64,000 nt of DNA from Phycisphaerae bacterium (GTDB lineage: Bacteria; Planctomycetota; Phycisphaerae; SM23-33). Every line of letters starts with the position of its first letter. Positions within the stretch are counted from its first letter, which is position 1. Positions 9,854-19,460 of the stretch are shown here, piece after piece. Both the position numbers and the translations under genes were made by a program. The notes below the pieces were generated by a model, which saw only the letters and a program-made list of their open reading frames with translations, was not told where the DNA came from and made no database searches. Where the stretch lies: NCBI GenBank assembly GCA_049510055.1, contig JBEKZI010000002.1, positions 17,132 through 81,131 on the forward strand. Direction: 5' to 3'.

Positions 9854-10453
9854 TCACATCGGCCGGCGTTCGTTGATGGCGTCGGCGAGGATGGATTTTG
9901 CGGCGTATTCGATCTGTCCGCCGGCCGGCAGCCCGCGCGCCAGGCGCGTGATCTTCACGCCCTTGGGGGTCAGGAGCGACGTGATGTGCAAGGCCGTGCC
10001 GTCGCCGGCCACGGTGGGGTTGGTGGCCAGGATCACTTCCTTCACGCCGCCGGCGGCCACGCGGCGGACCAGCGGCTCGATGGTCAGGTCCTCGGCCTCG
10101 CTGCCCTCCAGCGGGGCGATGTGCCCCCCCAGCACGTGATAGACGCCGCGATAGGCGCCGGTGGACTCCAGGGCCAGGACGTCCTTGGGCTGCTCCACCA
10201 CGCAGAGGATGCTCTTGTCCCGCCGCGGGTCGGCGCAGACCGCGCACAACTCGCCCTCGGCCAGGTTGAAGCATGTCTTGCACGGCCGGACGCGCTGCTT
10301 GACGTCGCGGATGGCGTCGGCCAAGGCCATCGCCTCCTGCGGCGTGCTCTTGAGCAGATAAAACGCCAGCCGCTCCGCCGTCCGCGCCCCGATGCCGGGC
10401 AGCTTGCCCAGCTCCGCCATCAGTCTCTGGATTGTTTCGCTATAGGCAGCCAT
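9854..10453 (-). CDS. recR: recombination protein RecR
   Basis: Helix-hairpin-helix (LPGIGARTAERL), C4 zinc finger (CKTC...CAVC) and Toprim domain. Length is 199 aa. Confidence 0.95.
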   Translation of the reverse strand: MAAYSETIQRLMAELGKLPGIGARTAERLAFYLLKSTPQEAMALADAIRDVKQRVRPCKTCFNLAEGELCAVCADPRRDKSILCVVEQPKDVLALESTGAYRGVYHVLGGHIAPLEGSEAEDLTIEPLVRRVAAGGVKEVILATNPTVAGDGTALHITSLLTPKGVKITRLARGLPAGGQIEYAAKSILADAINERRPM

Positions 10454-10459
10454 GGCCGG

Positions 10460-10789
10460 TCACCCCAATAATCCGTCCATGCCGGGCGGCAGAGGCATGC
10501 CGCCGGTCAGTTCGTTCATGGCCTCAGCCGCGGCCGTGGCGGCCTTGTCCTGGGCGGCAGAGACGGCCGCCTTGATCAGGTCCTCCAGCATGGCCGCGTC
10601 GCCCTCGGCCAGCAATGGCGTGGAGATTTTCAGGTCCACCAGTTGCATCTTGCCATTGACCGTCGCCGTGACGGCCCCGCCGCCAGCGTCGGCGGAGTAT
10701 TGGCTGGCGGCAATCTTGGCCTGGATTTCAGGCAGCCGCCGCTTCATTTCCCCAGCCAGCTTGATCATTTTTCCAAGGTCGCCGAACAT
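10460..10789 (-). CDS. ybaB: YbaB/EbfC family nucleoid-associated protein
   Basis: MFGDLGKMIKLAGEM... is a typical YbaB N-terminus. The ATG is at 10789; the track's start at 10798 is a GTG. Confidence 0.9.
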   Translation of the reverse strand: MFGDLGKMIKLAGEMKRRLPEIQAKIAASQYSADAGGGAVTATVNGKMQLVDLKISTPLLAEGDAAMLEDLIKAAVSAAQDKAATAAAEAMNELTGGMPLPPGMDGLLG

Positions 10790-10835
10790 TGTTCTCACTT
10801 ATTCCTTGCTTGCGGTGCGGCGGCCTGCCGGCGGT

Positions 10836-12530
10836 TCAGGATTCTTCCGGACTGACCGGGCCTTGGTCCTTGCGGATGTCCACCACCTCGCCGCCGAACA
10901 GGTCCACCACCGCGCGGACGGAGGGGTCCTTGTTGATGGCGTTCTTTTCCGCCGTGCTGAGCCCGCCGAACGCCGGGCCGTTGGCGCCATTGGCGCCGTT
11001 GATCCGCTGGTAGCGGCACTGCACCTGCCTGCCGGCCAGGGCGGACAAGGCGGCGCTGATGGCGGCGTCCAGTTGCGAGGAGCACTTCTGGCGGAGCGTT
11101 TCGTGCTTGGCGTCGAAGGCCAGCGTCAGCACGCCGCCGTCGAAGGCCGCGACCTTGGCGGGGGCGATCAGGCCGGCCACCTGCGCCTGCTTGGCCGCCG
11201 CCAGGGCCTCCACCACCCGCATCCAGTTGCCCGCCAGCCACGAGGCGTTCCACTGCAACGCCACCGGCGCCGCACCGGCCGAGGGAGGCGACGGCGATGC
11301 GGCCGCGGCGGGGGCGGATTGGAATAGTGCGCTGGCCGAGGAACCACGCTGCGCCGGGGACGCGGCGGGCCGAGCCACGGGGCCGCCGGTCCGCAGCGTT
11401 TCCAGACGTTCGATGAGACTGCCGGGGTCCACGAACTTGTCTGCCTCGGCCAGGCGGACTAGCCCGGCCTCCAGCAGCGCCCGGCCCAGCGACGACGTGC
11501 GGACGTTGCGGGCCAGCATGGCTGCCACTCCCACCGCCTGGACCAGCGCCGGCAGCGAGAATCGCCCCGTCAGCTCAGCCACCTCGTGGCGCTGGGCGTC
11601 GGCCAGTTCCACCAGGTCGCTGTCGGTGCCGCACAGGGCGAGGATCATCATGTTTCGGAACACCTCGCCGATGGCGGCGGCCGCCGAGACCAGCGTAATG
11701 CCCGATTCCAGCATGCCGGCCAGTTCCGCCAAGGCGGCCGCGGACTGCCCGTCGGCAATCGCCCGGGCGATGGCGATGGTCCGCTGGTCGGCCGGTGTGC
11801 CCAGGACGCGCACGACCTCGGCGTCGGTGACTTTTTCCCCGCCGGCCAGGAGCTGGTCCAGCAGGCTCAGGCCGTCGCGCATGGAGCCGGCGGCGGCGCG
11901 GGCGATGCGAAACAGCGCGTCGGCGTCGGCGTGGACCTTCTCGGCCTTGCAGATCGCGGCCAGGTGGTCGGCGATTTTCCGCGTGGGGATGTTGCGGAAG
12001 TCGAACCGCTGGCAGCGGGACAGGATGGTGGGGGGGACCTTCTCGGCCTCGGTGGTGGCGAAGATGAACTTGACGTGCTCGGGCGGCTCTTCCAGCGTTT
12101 TGAGCAGGGCGTTGAAGGCCTCGCGGGTGAGCATGTGGACTTCGTCCACGTAGTAGATGCGGTAGCGGCTGCGTGCGGGGCGAAGGATGGCGTTGGCGCG
12201 GAGCTGGCGGATTTCATCGATGCCGCGGTTGGAGGCCCCGTCAATCTCGGCCACGTCGATGTCGTCGCCGCGGGCGATGGACACGCAGGCGTCGCAGCGG
12301 TTGCAGGGGGCCGGCGTGGGGGCCTTGGCCGAAAGGCAATTGAGCGCCTTGGCGAAGATGCGGGCCATGGTCGTCTTGCCGACGCCGCGCGTGCCGGTGA
12401 ACAGGTACGCGTGCGCCACGCGGCCGGTTTCGATGGCGCCGACCAATGTGCGGGCGATCGGCTCCTGGCCGATGACCTGGTCGAACGTCTCGCTGCGGTA
12501 CTTCCGCGCCAGGACAAGATAACTGGCCAT
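10836..12530 (-). CDS. dnaX: DNA polymerase III subunit gamma/tau
   Basis: AAA+ clamp-loader motifs (GTRGVGKTT, zinc module CNRCDACVSI, SRC motif TILSRCQRFDF). The ATG at 12530 (MASYLVLARKYR) is preferred. The longer ORF running to 12659 would overlap the SRP RNA. Confidence 0.95.
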   Translation of the reverse strand: MASYLVLARKYRSETFDQVIGQEPIARTLVGAIETGRVAHAYLFTGTRGVGKTTMARIFAKALNCLSAKAPTPAPCNRCDACVSIARGDDIDVAEIDGASNRGIDEIRQLRANAILRPARSRYRIYYVDEVHMLTREAFNALLKTLEEPPEHVKFIFATTEAEKVPPTILSRCQRFDFRNIPTRKIADHLAAICKAEKVHADADALFRIARAAAGSMRDGLSLLDQLLAGGEKVTDAEVVRVLGTPADQRTIAIARAIADGQSAAALAELAGMLESGITLVSAAAAIGEVFRNMMILALCGTDSDLVELADAQRHEVAELTGRFSLPALVQAVGVAAMLARNVRTSSLGRALLEAGLVRLAEADKFVDPGSLIERLETLRTGGPVARPAASPAQRGSSASALFQSAPAAAASPSPPSAGAAPVALQWNASWLAGNWMRVVEALAAAKQAQVAGLIAPAKVAAFDGGVLTLAFDAKHETLRQKCSSQLDAAISAALSALAGRQVQCRYQRINGANGANGPAFGGLSTAEKNAINKDPSVRAVVDLFGGEVVDIRKDQGPVSPEES

Positions 12531-12629
12531 GCGACTTTCCGTAGCCCTCCGTCCGTGCGGGGGCGGTTCGTTAATAGAAATGCCGTGCAACTTCGCGTCG
12601 AAACTCCGCGACAGGGGCCCGCCAAGCAG

Positions 12630-12745
12630 GCCAGCTCCAGCCAGGTTGCCCTCCGGCACACGCCGACGAATCGCTTATGGCTGCTTCCTTCCGGACCTGA
12701 CCAGGTTCACGCGTCAACGTTGCAGAGGACCCAGCCTTCAACGCT
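12630..12745 (-). ncRNA. ffs: signal recognition particle RNA (small 4.5S type)
   Basis: The minus strand reads ...GCAACGUUGACGCGUGAACCUGGUCAGGUCCGGAAGGAAGCAGCCAUAAGCGAUUCGUCGGCGUGUGCCGGAGGG... This contains the universally conserved domain IV (CCUGGUCAGGUCCGGAAGGAAGCAGCCA, GGAA tetraloop), identical to the E. coli 4.5S core. The gene lies immediately upstream of dnaX, as in many bacteria. The ends are approximate. Confidence 0.75.
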
Positions 12746-13010
12746 ACCTGAGCGACGGACTGGTCCCGCCACTGAGGCCCTCGGCGAAGCATTCGGTCCC
12801 GCACAAGCGGATTTCGGGTCATCCCGATTGCTCGGGAATCAGGGCACCGCTAGCGCCCCACCTAGCACGGCGAGGCCATCATATCCAGGCCGGGACGGGG
12901 GAGCAAGACACGCGGGGGAAAAGATATCCGCAGAATGTCGCTATTACGGCAGCAGCGGTACCACACGTGATCAGAATGGCCTGATTTTATCCGCTGCTTT
13001 GGGGCACTGG

Positions 13011-13229
13011 CTAGCGAGGTGCTTTCAGAGCCCAGACGAGTAGGATGATCCATGCCACCACCGTTGCTCCGAGCAGGAAATTGAGCAAAAAGATCGTCTT
13101 TATACGGGGGTGTTTTTGTCGAAAAGCCATGTAGGTTGGGAGAAAATAGATAAAGAGAAATACAATCGCAACTGGGAACATCCACAACTGAAATGTAAAT
13201 GTCGCTAGCATGACCAATACTCCTGACAA
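13011..13229 (-). CDS. superinfection immunity (Imm)-like small membrane protein
   Basis: 72 aa with two TM helices. The motif YFLPTYMAFRQKHP...NFLLGATVVAWIILLVWAL matches the Imm_superinfect family pattern (YFLP..IA..RKH...N.LLGWT..GWI.AL.WA). Local GC is about 45%. Confidence 0.55.
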   Translation of the reverse strand: MSGVLVMLATFTFQLWMFPVAIVFLFIYFLPTYMAFRQKHPRIKTIFLLNFLLGATVVAWIILLVWALKAPR

Positions 13230-13266
13230 AGGCGCAGTACCTCTCAGAGGTCAATGCTGAGAAGCA

Positions 13267-13569
13267 CTACGCCGTCTTGCCCATGGAGGCCTGGAGCTTC
13301 TGCTTCATCATCCGGCCGACCTTGAACTTCACGGTCTTCTTGGGCGGGACCTGGACGCGCTCCAGGGTCTTGGGGTTCTGGGCCATGCGGGCGGCGCGCT
13401 GCTTGGTCTCAAAGACGCCGAAGTCGCGGAACTCCAGGCGATTGCTGCGCCCCAGCTCCTCGATCATCTCGTCGAGAAAGCTCTGCACGATCTTCTTGAC
13501 CACCACGCGGGTGACGTCCGTCTTGTCGGCGATGCGGTCGACCAACTCTTTCTTCGTTACCGTGTGCAT
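13267..13569 (-). CDS. HU/IHF family DNA-binding protein
   Basis: Sequence MHTVTKKELVDRIADKTDVTRVVVKKIVQSFLDEMIEEL...FRDFGVFETKQRAAR...VPPKKTVKFKVGR shows a typical HU/IHF fold. The ATG at 13569 is preferred. Confidence 0.85.
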   Translation of the reverse strand: MHTVTKKELVDRIADKTDVTRVVVKKIVQSFLDEMIEELGRSNRLEFRDFGVFETKQRAARMAQNPKTLERVQVPPKKTVKFKVGRMMKQKLQASMGKTA

Positions 13570-13762
13570 GAACGTCCCCTTCTCATTCAGTCCGCCTTGC
13601 GGCGGGTTCAAAATTATGTTACGTCCGATGATCTACGAAACGCAACGCGCTGTGAAGTGCCCGAAGTAACCTGCAATATGCGACTTATATTATCCATGGC
13701 CCGCGGCCGTTTCAAGTAATTTCCGCTATAAGTTTTCGCCGGTTTTTCCGGCCGGCGAAAGC

Positions 13763-16435
13763 TTACTCCTGGTACGGTCCGCGCGGGCGGAATTCCAGTT
13801 TCGACCGCCGCGGAATCAGGCCCTGCTCTTCGAAGAGCATCAGTTCGTTGTCGTGCTGCAACCAGCAGGCCGGCAGATAATAGTATTCCTGCGGGCCGAT
13901 GGTCCAGAACCGTCCGACGTTATGGCCGTTCAGGAAAAGCTGGCCCTTTTTGGCGCCGGCCAGGTGCAGGAACAGCGGCACGTGCCGCTCGTCGCAGGTG
14001 AACTTGGCCGCGTACCAGGCCGGCTGGTCCTTGCCCACGATGTGCCCGCCGCGGGTCGGCGTGCCCCACGGCCGGAAGCTCCAGGCGGCGTCGTGCGACA
14101 GCGTCTCCAGCAGGCTGTGCAAGGAGAAGCTTTCCAGCGTTTGGTCGCTGACGTCGCCCCACAGCAGCAGCTTGATGACGTTGCGGCCTTTCTTCAACTC
14201 CGCCCCCAGCGTCACGTCGCCGAAGTTATTGCAGCCGGCCGGGAAAAAGCCCGCCGTCCGCTCGTTGCAGATCACCGCCACGGGGTGGGGGATGTCTGTG
14301 AACGACAGGTGCAGGGGCGTCACGCGGCTTAGCGAGACGTTGGCGACGGCTTCCCAGACGGCCGCGTGCTCCAGGGCCGGCAGGTAGTGCACGTGCTGGC
14401 GCGGAACGATGCGCCGCGGGAAGGTTTCGGCGCGCTGGAGCTTGAATTTCAGCGACATGGCCTCGGCGTCGTAGATGGGGCCGAACAGGCCCTTGGGTTC
14501 GCCGAACATCGGTCCGGAGGTGAATCGGCCGAGATTGTCCACCAGCGCCGTCAGGATATTTTTGCCGGATCCGGAGCCGGACTTGAACGTCGCCGCCATG
14601 GGCTGGCGGACGGCGTCGGCCCCGCGGCCCCAGGTGCCCAGGAGCTTGCCGTTGAAGTACAGCGTGGCGCGGTCGGAGCAGTCCGGCAGGAACAGTTGCC
14701 GCCGGCCGGGCTTGACGTTGGAGAACTCCACGCGATACCAGGTGTAGCCGTAGTGCTGCCCCAGGTGGTCGGCGCTCCGTGCCCGGTCGGCCTTCTGCCA
14801 TTGCAGGTCCTTGGCGGTCGACTCGCGACAGACGGCGATGCGGTGCCAGGCGCCCAGCCGCGGCGCGGCCGCCGTGCGCGGCAGGGGCTTGGCCTTGTGG
14901 CGCGTCAGCGTGCCTTCGGCTAGCGACAGCGCGACGTATTCTTCGGCGCCCTTCAGTTCGGCTTCCTCGACGGTATTGCCGACGAACTGCGGGCCGAAGA
15001 CCAGTGCCTCGTCCACCAGCCAGGTTCGCATCGCAAGCTCGCTGCGGACGACGATCACCGTCAATCCCTGATGCTCGACGATCTTGGGCTCATCCTCGGC
15101 CGGCACGGGGATGGCGAGTTCCTTGCCGTTGACGCTGATCCGCCCCTGCCAGTCGGCCGGGCCGTGCAGGACGAGGAATTTTTGGGCGAATAGCCCCAAC
15201 GGCGTGAGGTTGGAGTAATCCAGCGTGGCAGTGGGGCTGAGTTTCAGGTCCACCGGCACGGCCGCGGCGCCGAGGGGTTCCAGTGGCACGTCCAGCTCCT
15301 TGCCGGCCGGCAGGGAGACGTGGACGGCGGCGATGTCGACCCGCCCGTTGTTGGTGACCACGGCCCAGCGGCCCAAGGGGCCGGAGAGGTTCAGCACGGC
15401 CGTGGCGTCGTGGATGCTGGCGCCGGGGGGGTCCATGGCGGCCTGGGCGAAGTACGGGCCCATGTGGTTGGCCAGCATGTTCACCAGGCGGGTGGCGTAG
15501 TACTTCTCGGTCAGCCCGCCGCCCTCGGCGATGGGGGCGTCGCAGTCGTAGCTGGTCGTCTGGTAGGCGGCCTGGCCTGATTCCAGCCGGCCGCCCCAGA
15601 AGTCGAAGTTCGTCCCGCCGTGGAACATGGCGTAGTTGAACTGTCCGCCGAGGCCGAGGATCTCCATCGCGCGGCGGGCGACTTGGCGGGCGTCGCGCCG
15701 CGGATGGGCGCCGCCCCAGCAATCGGCCTGGCCGGTCTGGAATTCCGAAACCACCAGCGGGAGGTTCGGCTGCCGCAGCCGCAGACGCTTGAGCATCTGC
15801 ACGGCGTCGTCCCAGGCCTGGACGGATTCGATGCCGTCCGGCAGCGGCGGCTCGGAGAACAAGTTGGCGGTGATGATCGGGATCTCAAAGCCGTACCGGC
15901 GGAAAAGCTGGTGGATGAACTGAAGATAGTTCAGCCGGTCGGGCATGGTGGTAAAGACGTACTCGTTTTCGTTCTGGATCAGGATGATGTTCCCGCCGCG
16001 GGTGACCTGGAGCTCGGCCAGGCGGGGCAGGACCTGGCGGAAGTACTTGTCGAAGTAGTGCGTGAAGGCGGCGTTGGCGGTGCGGTAGGCGATGCCTTGT
16101 TTGGTCGTCAGCCAGCCGGGCAGGCCACCGAAGTCCCAGCCGTCGCCGATGTAGGGCCCCGGGCGCAGGATGACGTACAGACCCATCTGGGCCGCCAGGC
16201 GCACGAAACTGGTGACGTCGTGATCGCCGGCCAGCTGCCACTGCCCCTCGGCCGGCTCGTGAAAGTTCCACGCCACGTACGTCTCGATGCAGTTCAGCCC
16301 CGCGCGTTTGGCCTTCAGCAGGCGATCGGACCACAGGGCCGAGGGCGTGCGGAAATAGTGGATGGACCCGCTGACCAGCCAGATGGGTTTGCCGTCCACA
16401 AAAAAGCATCTATCGTCATGTGTTACAGTGGCCAT
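13763..16435 (-). CDS. glycoside hydrolase family 35 beta-galactosidase
   Basis: 890 aa. The N-terminal GH35 catalytic domain (FFVDGKPIWLVSGSIHYFR...ETYVAWNFHEP...IQNENEY) is followed by beta-sandwich domains. Confidence 0.9.
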   Translation of the reverse strand: MATVTHDDRCFFVDGKPIWLVSGSIHYFRTPSALWSDRLLKAKRAGLNCIETYVAWNFHEPAEGQWQLAGDHDVTSFVRLAAQMGLYVILRPGPYIGDGWDFGGLPGWLTTKQGIAYRTANAAFTHYFDKYFRQVLPRLAELQVTRGGNIILIQNENEYVFTTMPDRLNYLQFIHQLFRRYGFEIPIITANLFSEPPLPDGIESVQAWDDAVQMLKRLRLRQPNLPLVVSEFQTGQADCWGGAHPRRDARQVARRAMEILGLGGQFNYAMFHGGTNFDFWGGRLESGQAAYQTTSYDCDAPIAEGGGLTEKYYATRLVNMLANHMGPYFAQAAMDPPGASIHDATAVLNLSGPLGRWAVVTNNGRVDIAAVHVSLPAGKELDVPLEPLGAAAVPVDLKLSPTATLDYSNLTPLGLFAQKFLVLHGPADWQGRISVNGKELAIPVPAEDEPKIVEHQGLTVIVVRSELAMRTWLVDEALVFGPQFVGNTVEEAELKGAEEYVALSLAEGTLTRHKAKPLPRTAAAPRLGAWHRIAVCRESTAKDLQWQKADRARSADHLGQHYGYTWYRVEFSNVKPGRRQLFLPDCSDRATLYFNGKLLGTWGRGADAVRQPMAATFKSGSGSGKNILTALVDNLGRFTSGPMFGEPKGLFGPIYDAEAMSLKFKLQRAETFPRRIVPRQHVHYLPALEHAAVWEAVANVSLSRVTPLHLSFTDIPHPVAVICNERTAGFFPAGCNNFGDVTLGAELKKGRNVIKLLLWGDVSDQTLESFSLHSLLETLSHDAAWSFRPWGTPTRGGHIVGKDQPAWYAAKFTCDERHVPLFLHLAGAKKGQLFLNGHNVGRFWTIGPQEYYYLPACWLQHDNELMLFEEQGLIPRRSKLEFRPRGPYQE

Positions 16436-16830
16436 TCGTCTGTCAGCCCCCTAAACCGTCGCCTCAGAAATGGGTTCGCCAAGATGCGAAGCATTTGTGG
16501 CATGAGTTTACGTTTTGTCATAGACCATGCAACAGAAAATAGGACGCAGAATCGGTTTGCGGCTAAAAATGGCGTACGATTTAGCAGTCTAGCCTAAAAG
16601 GTATGCTTATCATATTTTCTGGTTCCATAGTAGTAATATTTTGAATAAGTCAAAACGTTGTGTTTTATAAGTACTTTATTTTTATGGCATTACACTCAAT
16701 ATGCCTTCCTGGTCGCACTCCATGCTCATGCGAAAAAACTGAATAAGATAAGCTTATGAATAAGTTCAAACGTGGGTGAAAAATAGCCCTAATCTGGGAT
16801 GAAAAAATGGGCTAACATCGCCTGGCGGCT

Positions 16831-17895
16831 TCAGTAAACCCGCCGTGGCAGCCTGACGGGCCTTCCCAGGCGTTGGGAGCGGTACAGGCCCTCCAGGATG
16901 GCGATGACGGCCCGGCTTTGGGCAGGTGGCACCGGCACGGCCGTGCGGCCAAGGATGGCCTCGGCGAACAGGCGGATCTCTGTGTGGTAGGGCTTTTCGG
17001 CCGCCTGGCGGACCTCCAGTCGCTTGTCGGCGAAGTCATGGCGGGTGTGGTCGTAGTACTCGCATTCCGGCCAGGTCGCGCCGGCCTCGGTGCCGAACAG
17101 GTCGATCCGCTGCTGCTGGCGGATCTTGGTGTTGAGCATCCAGCTGCATTCCAGCGTCAGCGCGGCGCCGTCGGCGAAACGCACCAACGCGGCGGCGAAG
17201 TCTTCCACGTCCAGGCGCTTCTTGTCGAAGCAGCCCCAGTTCCATTCGCTCCAGCTATCCGGCCGGCGGGCCAGCTTGGTCACGGCCAGGCCGTCCACCG
17301 AGACCGGATCGAAGTTGTCCATTAGGTGCATGGCCAGGTCCAGCACGTGGACGCCCACGTCGATGCACGCCCCGCCGCCGGAAAGCCGCCGGAAGATAAA
17401 GCCCTCGCGCGTGGGCAGCATCCGCCGCCGCAGGTACCAGGCGCGGGCGTAGTAGACTTCCCCCAGCGGATGGCGCATCAGGTATTTCTTGAGGGCCAAG
17501 CTGGTGGACTCGAACCGCTGGTGTTGGGCGCACATGAGCTTTCGCCGCGCCTTGATCGCCGCGGCCATCATCGCATCCACGTCCTTGGCCGTCAGGGCCA
17601 GGGGCTTTTCGCACAGCGCGTGCTTGCCGCTGCGCAGGGCGGCGATGGTCAGGGGGGCGTGGAGGCGGTTGGGCGTGATGATGTCCACCACGTCGATGTC
17701 TTTGCGGGCCAGCAGCCGCCCGGCCGAAGGCTCGACGTCGGGAATGCCGAACATCTTGGCCCGCTCGACCGCGCGCGAACGGACGATGTCCGTGATAGCG
17801 ACCAGCCGGACGCCCTTGAGGCGCGTCCAGCCCTCACCGTGCATGCCGGCGATTCCCCCCGCCCCGATCATGCCCACGCGCAGCGGCCGGCTCAT
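16831..17895 (-). CDS. Gfo/Idh/MocA family oxidoreductase
   Basis: N-terminal Rossmann motif VGMIGAGGIAGMHGEGW and a C-terminal GFO_IDH_MocA domain. The ATG is at 17895. Confidence 0.9.
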   Translation of the reverse strand: MSRPLRVGMIGAGGIAGMHGEGWTRLKGVRLVAITDIVRSRAVERAKMFGIPDVEPSAGRLLARKDIDVVDIITPNRLHAPLTIAALRSGKHALCEKPLALTAKDVDAMMAAAIKARRKLMCAQHQRFESTSLALKKYLMRHPLGEVYYARAWYLRRRMLPTREGFIFRRLSGGGACIDVGVHVLDLAMHLMDNFDPVSVDGLAVTKLARRPDSWSEWNWGCFDKKRLDVEDFAAALVRFADGAALTLECSWMLNTKIRQQQRIDLFGTEAGATWPECEYYDHTRHDFADKRLEVRQAAEKPYHTEIRLFAEAILGRTAVPVPPAQSRAVIAILEGLYRSQRLGRPVRLPRRVY

Positions 17896-18140
17896 GGAAT
17901 GGCTCTCCTTTGACTCCAGCGGCTTTCCAAACGCTGATAAAAGCATAGGACAACGGCGGGGCATTCACAAGACTTGCAACCGCCGCGGTGAGCTCGCCGC
18001 TGTCCGCCGCGCCGCGGAGCCGGGGCGAAGCGTCCAAGACCCGCCGAATCCTTGATTCGCCTTGACAGCCTTTGCGGCCAAACCTACCATCGGTCCCCGG
18101 CGAAAAGCAAAGTTCCGCTAGCCTGGAGGACGGGTAAATC

Positions 18141-19394
18141 ATGGGTTCGTTCATACGCCGTTTCGCGGGTGTGTTCCTGGGAATTCTCTTGTGTTGGAGC
18201 ACGATGGCCTGGGGCCAAGGGGCCGCCAGGACGGCCACGTCCCGGCCTCGATCGCGGGGCGGGAGAGCGGCAGCCGTGACGACGACAGCTCCGGCCCCGG
18301 CCGCGGCCACGGCTCCGGCGGCCACCATGCCGGCGGAAGCGCTGCCGGAGATTCAGATTCCCGCGATGTCGCTGAAGTCCGGCCTGCTCGAGGCCGACCT
18401 GACCGTCGTCGACCGCTACATCGCCTTCTGGGTGGGCAAGCTGACTAACGCCACCGACGAGAACACCATTCTGGAAGCCCGCAAGCGTTTAATCACCGGT
18501 TATCGCAAGTACGACAGTTGGCAGTACCAGAACGTTTACGCGGGCCGGGCCTCCAAGGCCCTGCTTCCCCTGCTGGAGGTGCAGGAGGTGCAAAAACAGA
18601 TCAACGCCGCCCTGGCGATCTCGCAGATGCGCCAGGTGACCGTTCAGCCGGCCCTGGAAGTGCTGGTGGTCAATCCCAATCCGGCCCTGCGGCTGTACGG
18701 CTGGGCGGGATACCGGGGCATCCGCATGCTGGTGCTGGGCCAGGGCAAAGAAGCGGTGGACGTGATGATGAAATCGCTGGCGAAGGCGTCGCTGACGGAG
18801 GATTCCGGGGCGGTGATGGGCGCGGTCCTGGGGATGATGTACCTGGACCCGGACCGCCCCTCGATGGTGACGCCGGTGATGTTCGAAGACGCGCGCGAGC
18901 GGTTGTTCCAGACGTTCCGCCAGGCTTGGCCGCGGGTGTGCACCAAGGTGCTGGAGGGCGACGCGGATATGACCGCCGCCGCCGGCGACGGGCTGAGCGC
19001 CCTGCGGAAAATGTCGGCCGGCGTGGCCGCCAAGGGAGAGATTCCGCAAGGGGCGGTGCAGATGATCGTAGACCTGGCGTCCTGCGCGTCCAAGGCCTAT
19101 GCCAAGGCCGTGGGGAACGGCTTGCCGTCCGTCAGCGCCGAGGCGCTGCTTCGCGACAGCGAGGACGCCCTGAACGCCATCACGGAGCTGCGCCGGGCGC
19201 CGATTTCCGAAGCCCTAGCCGCCAAGAACGAGGCGGAACGCGCCGCGGCGGTCGATGACGCCGTCGACAAGTGGATCGACTTCCTCAAGAACGCCAACTG
19301 GCCGATTCAGGAGCCGAAGTTCCAGGCCTCCGCGGGGGCCGCCACGTCGCAGCCGGCCCCGGCAGCAGCGCCGGCCCCGACCTCGACCCCATAA
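18141..19394 (+). CDS. hypothetical secreted protein
   Basis: 417 aa. A signal peptide (MGSFIRRFAGVFLGILLCWSTMAWG) is followed by an Ala/Pro/Thr-rich linker. Third-position GC is high, consistent with genuine coding. A GGAGGA SD motif sits 8 nt upstream of the start. Confidence 0.6.
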   Translation: MGSFIRRFAGVFLGILLCWSTMAWGQGAARTATSRPRSRGGRAAAVTTTAPAPAAATAPAATMPAEALPEIQIPAMSLKSGLLEADLTVVDRYIAFWVGKLTNATDENTILEARKRLITGYRKYDSWQYQNVYAGRASKALLPLLEVQEVQKQINAALAISQMRQVTVQPALEVLVVNPNPALRLYGWAGYRGIRMLVLGQGKEAVDVMMKSLAKASLTEDSGAVMGAVLGMMYLDPDRPSMVTPVMFEDARERLFQTFRQAWPRVCTKVLEGDADMTAAAGDGLSALRKMSAGVAAKGEIPQGAVQMIVDLASCASKAYAKAVGNGLPSVSAEALLRDSEDALNAITELRRAPISEALAAKNEAERAAAVDDAVDKWIDFLKNANWPIQEPKFQASAGAATSQPAPAAAPAPTSTP

Positions 19395-19460
19395 TCCCGT
19401 CCTACGGATAGAATGCATCCAACGTCGCGATTTGCGGCGCCTATCGGCAGGTGAATCGCC

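Noticed and set aside
8197-9876. 559-aa plus-strand ORF and 361-aa minus-strand ORF (8240..9325) overlapping rpoN
   Set aside because: Both are antisense or alternative-frame shadows of the rpoN coding region. Their composition is low-complexity (G/R/A/P-rich) and they carry no motifs.
10795-13043. Several 150-485-aa ORFs (10795..11253 -, 11059..12153 +, 11586..13043 +, 11867..12661 -) overlapping dnaX
   Set aside because: These are shadow ORFs of the dnaX frame. The 11586..13043 ORF would also run through the SRP RNA and the low-GC islet, which is implausible.
12862-13254. 130-aa minus-strand ORF overlapping the Imm-like gene in another frame
   Set aside because: The 72-aa two-TM Imm-like frame has a recognisable family motif. 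The longer frame has no features and overlaps it entirely.
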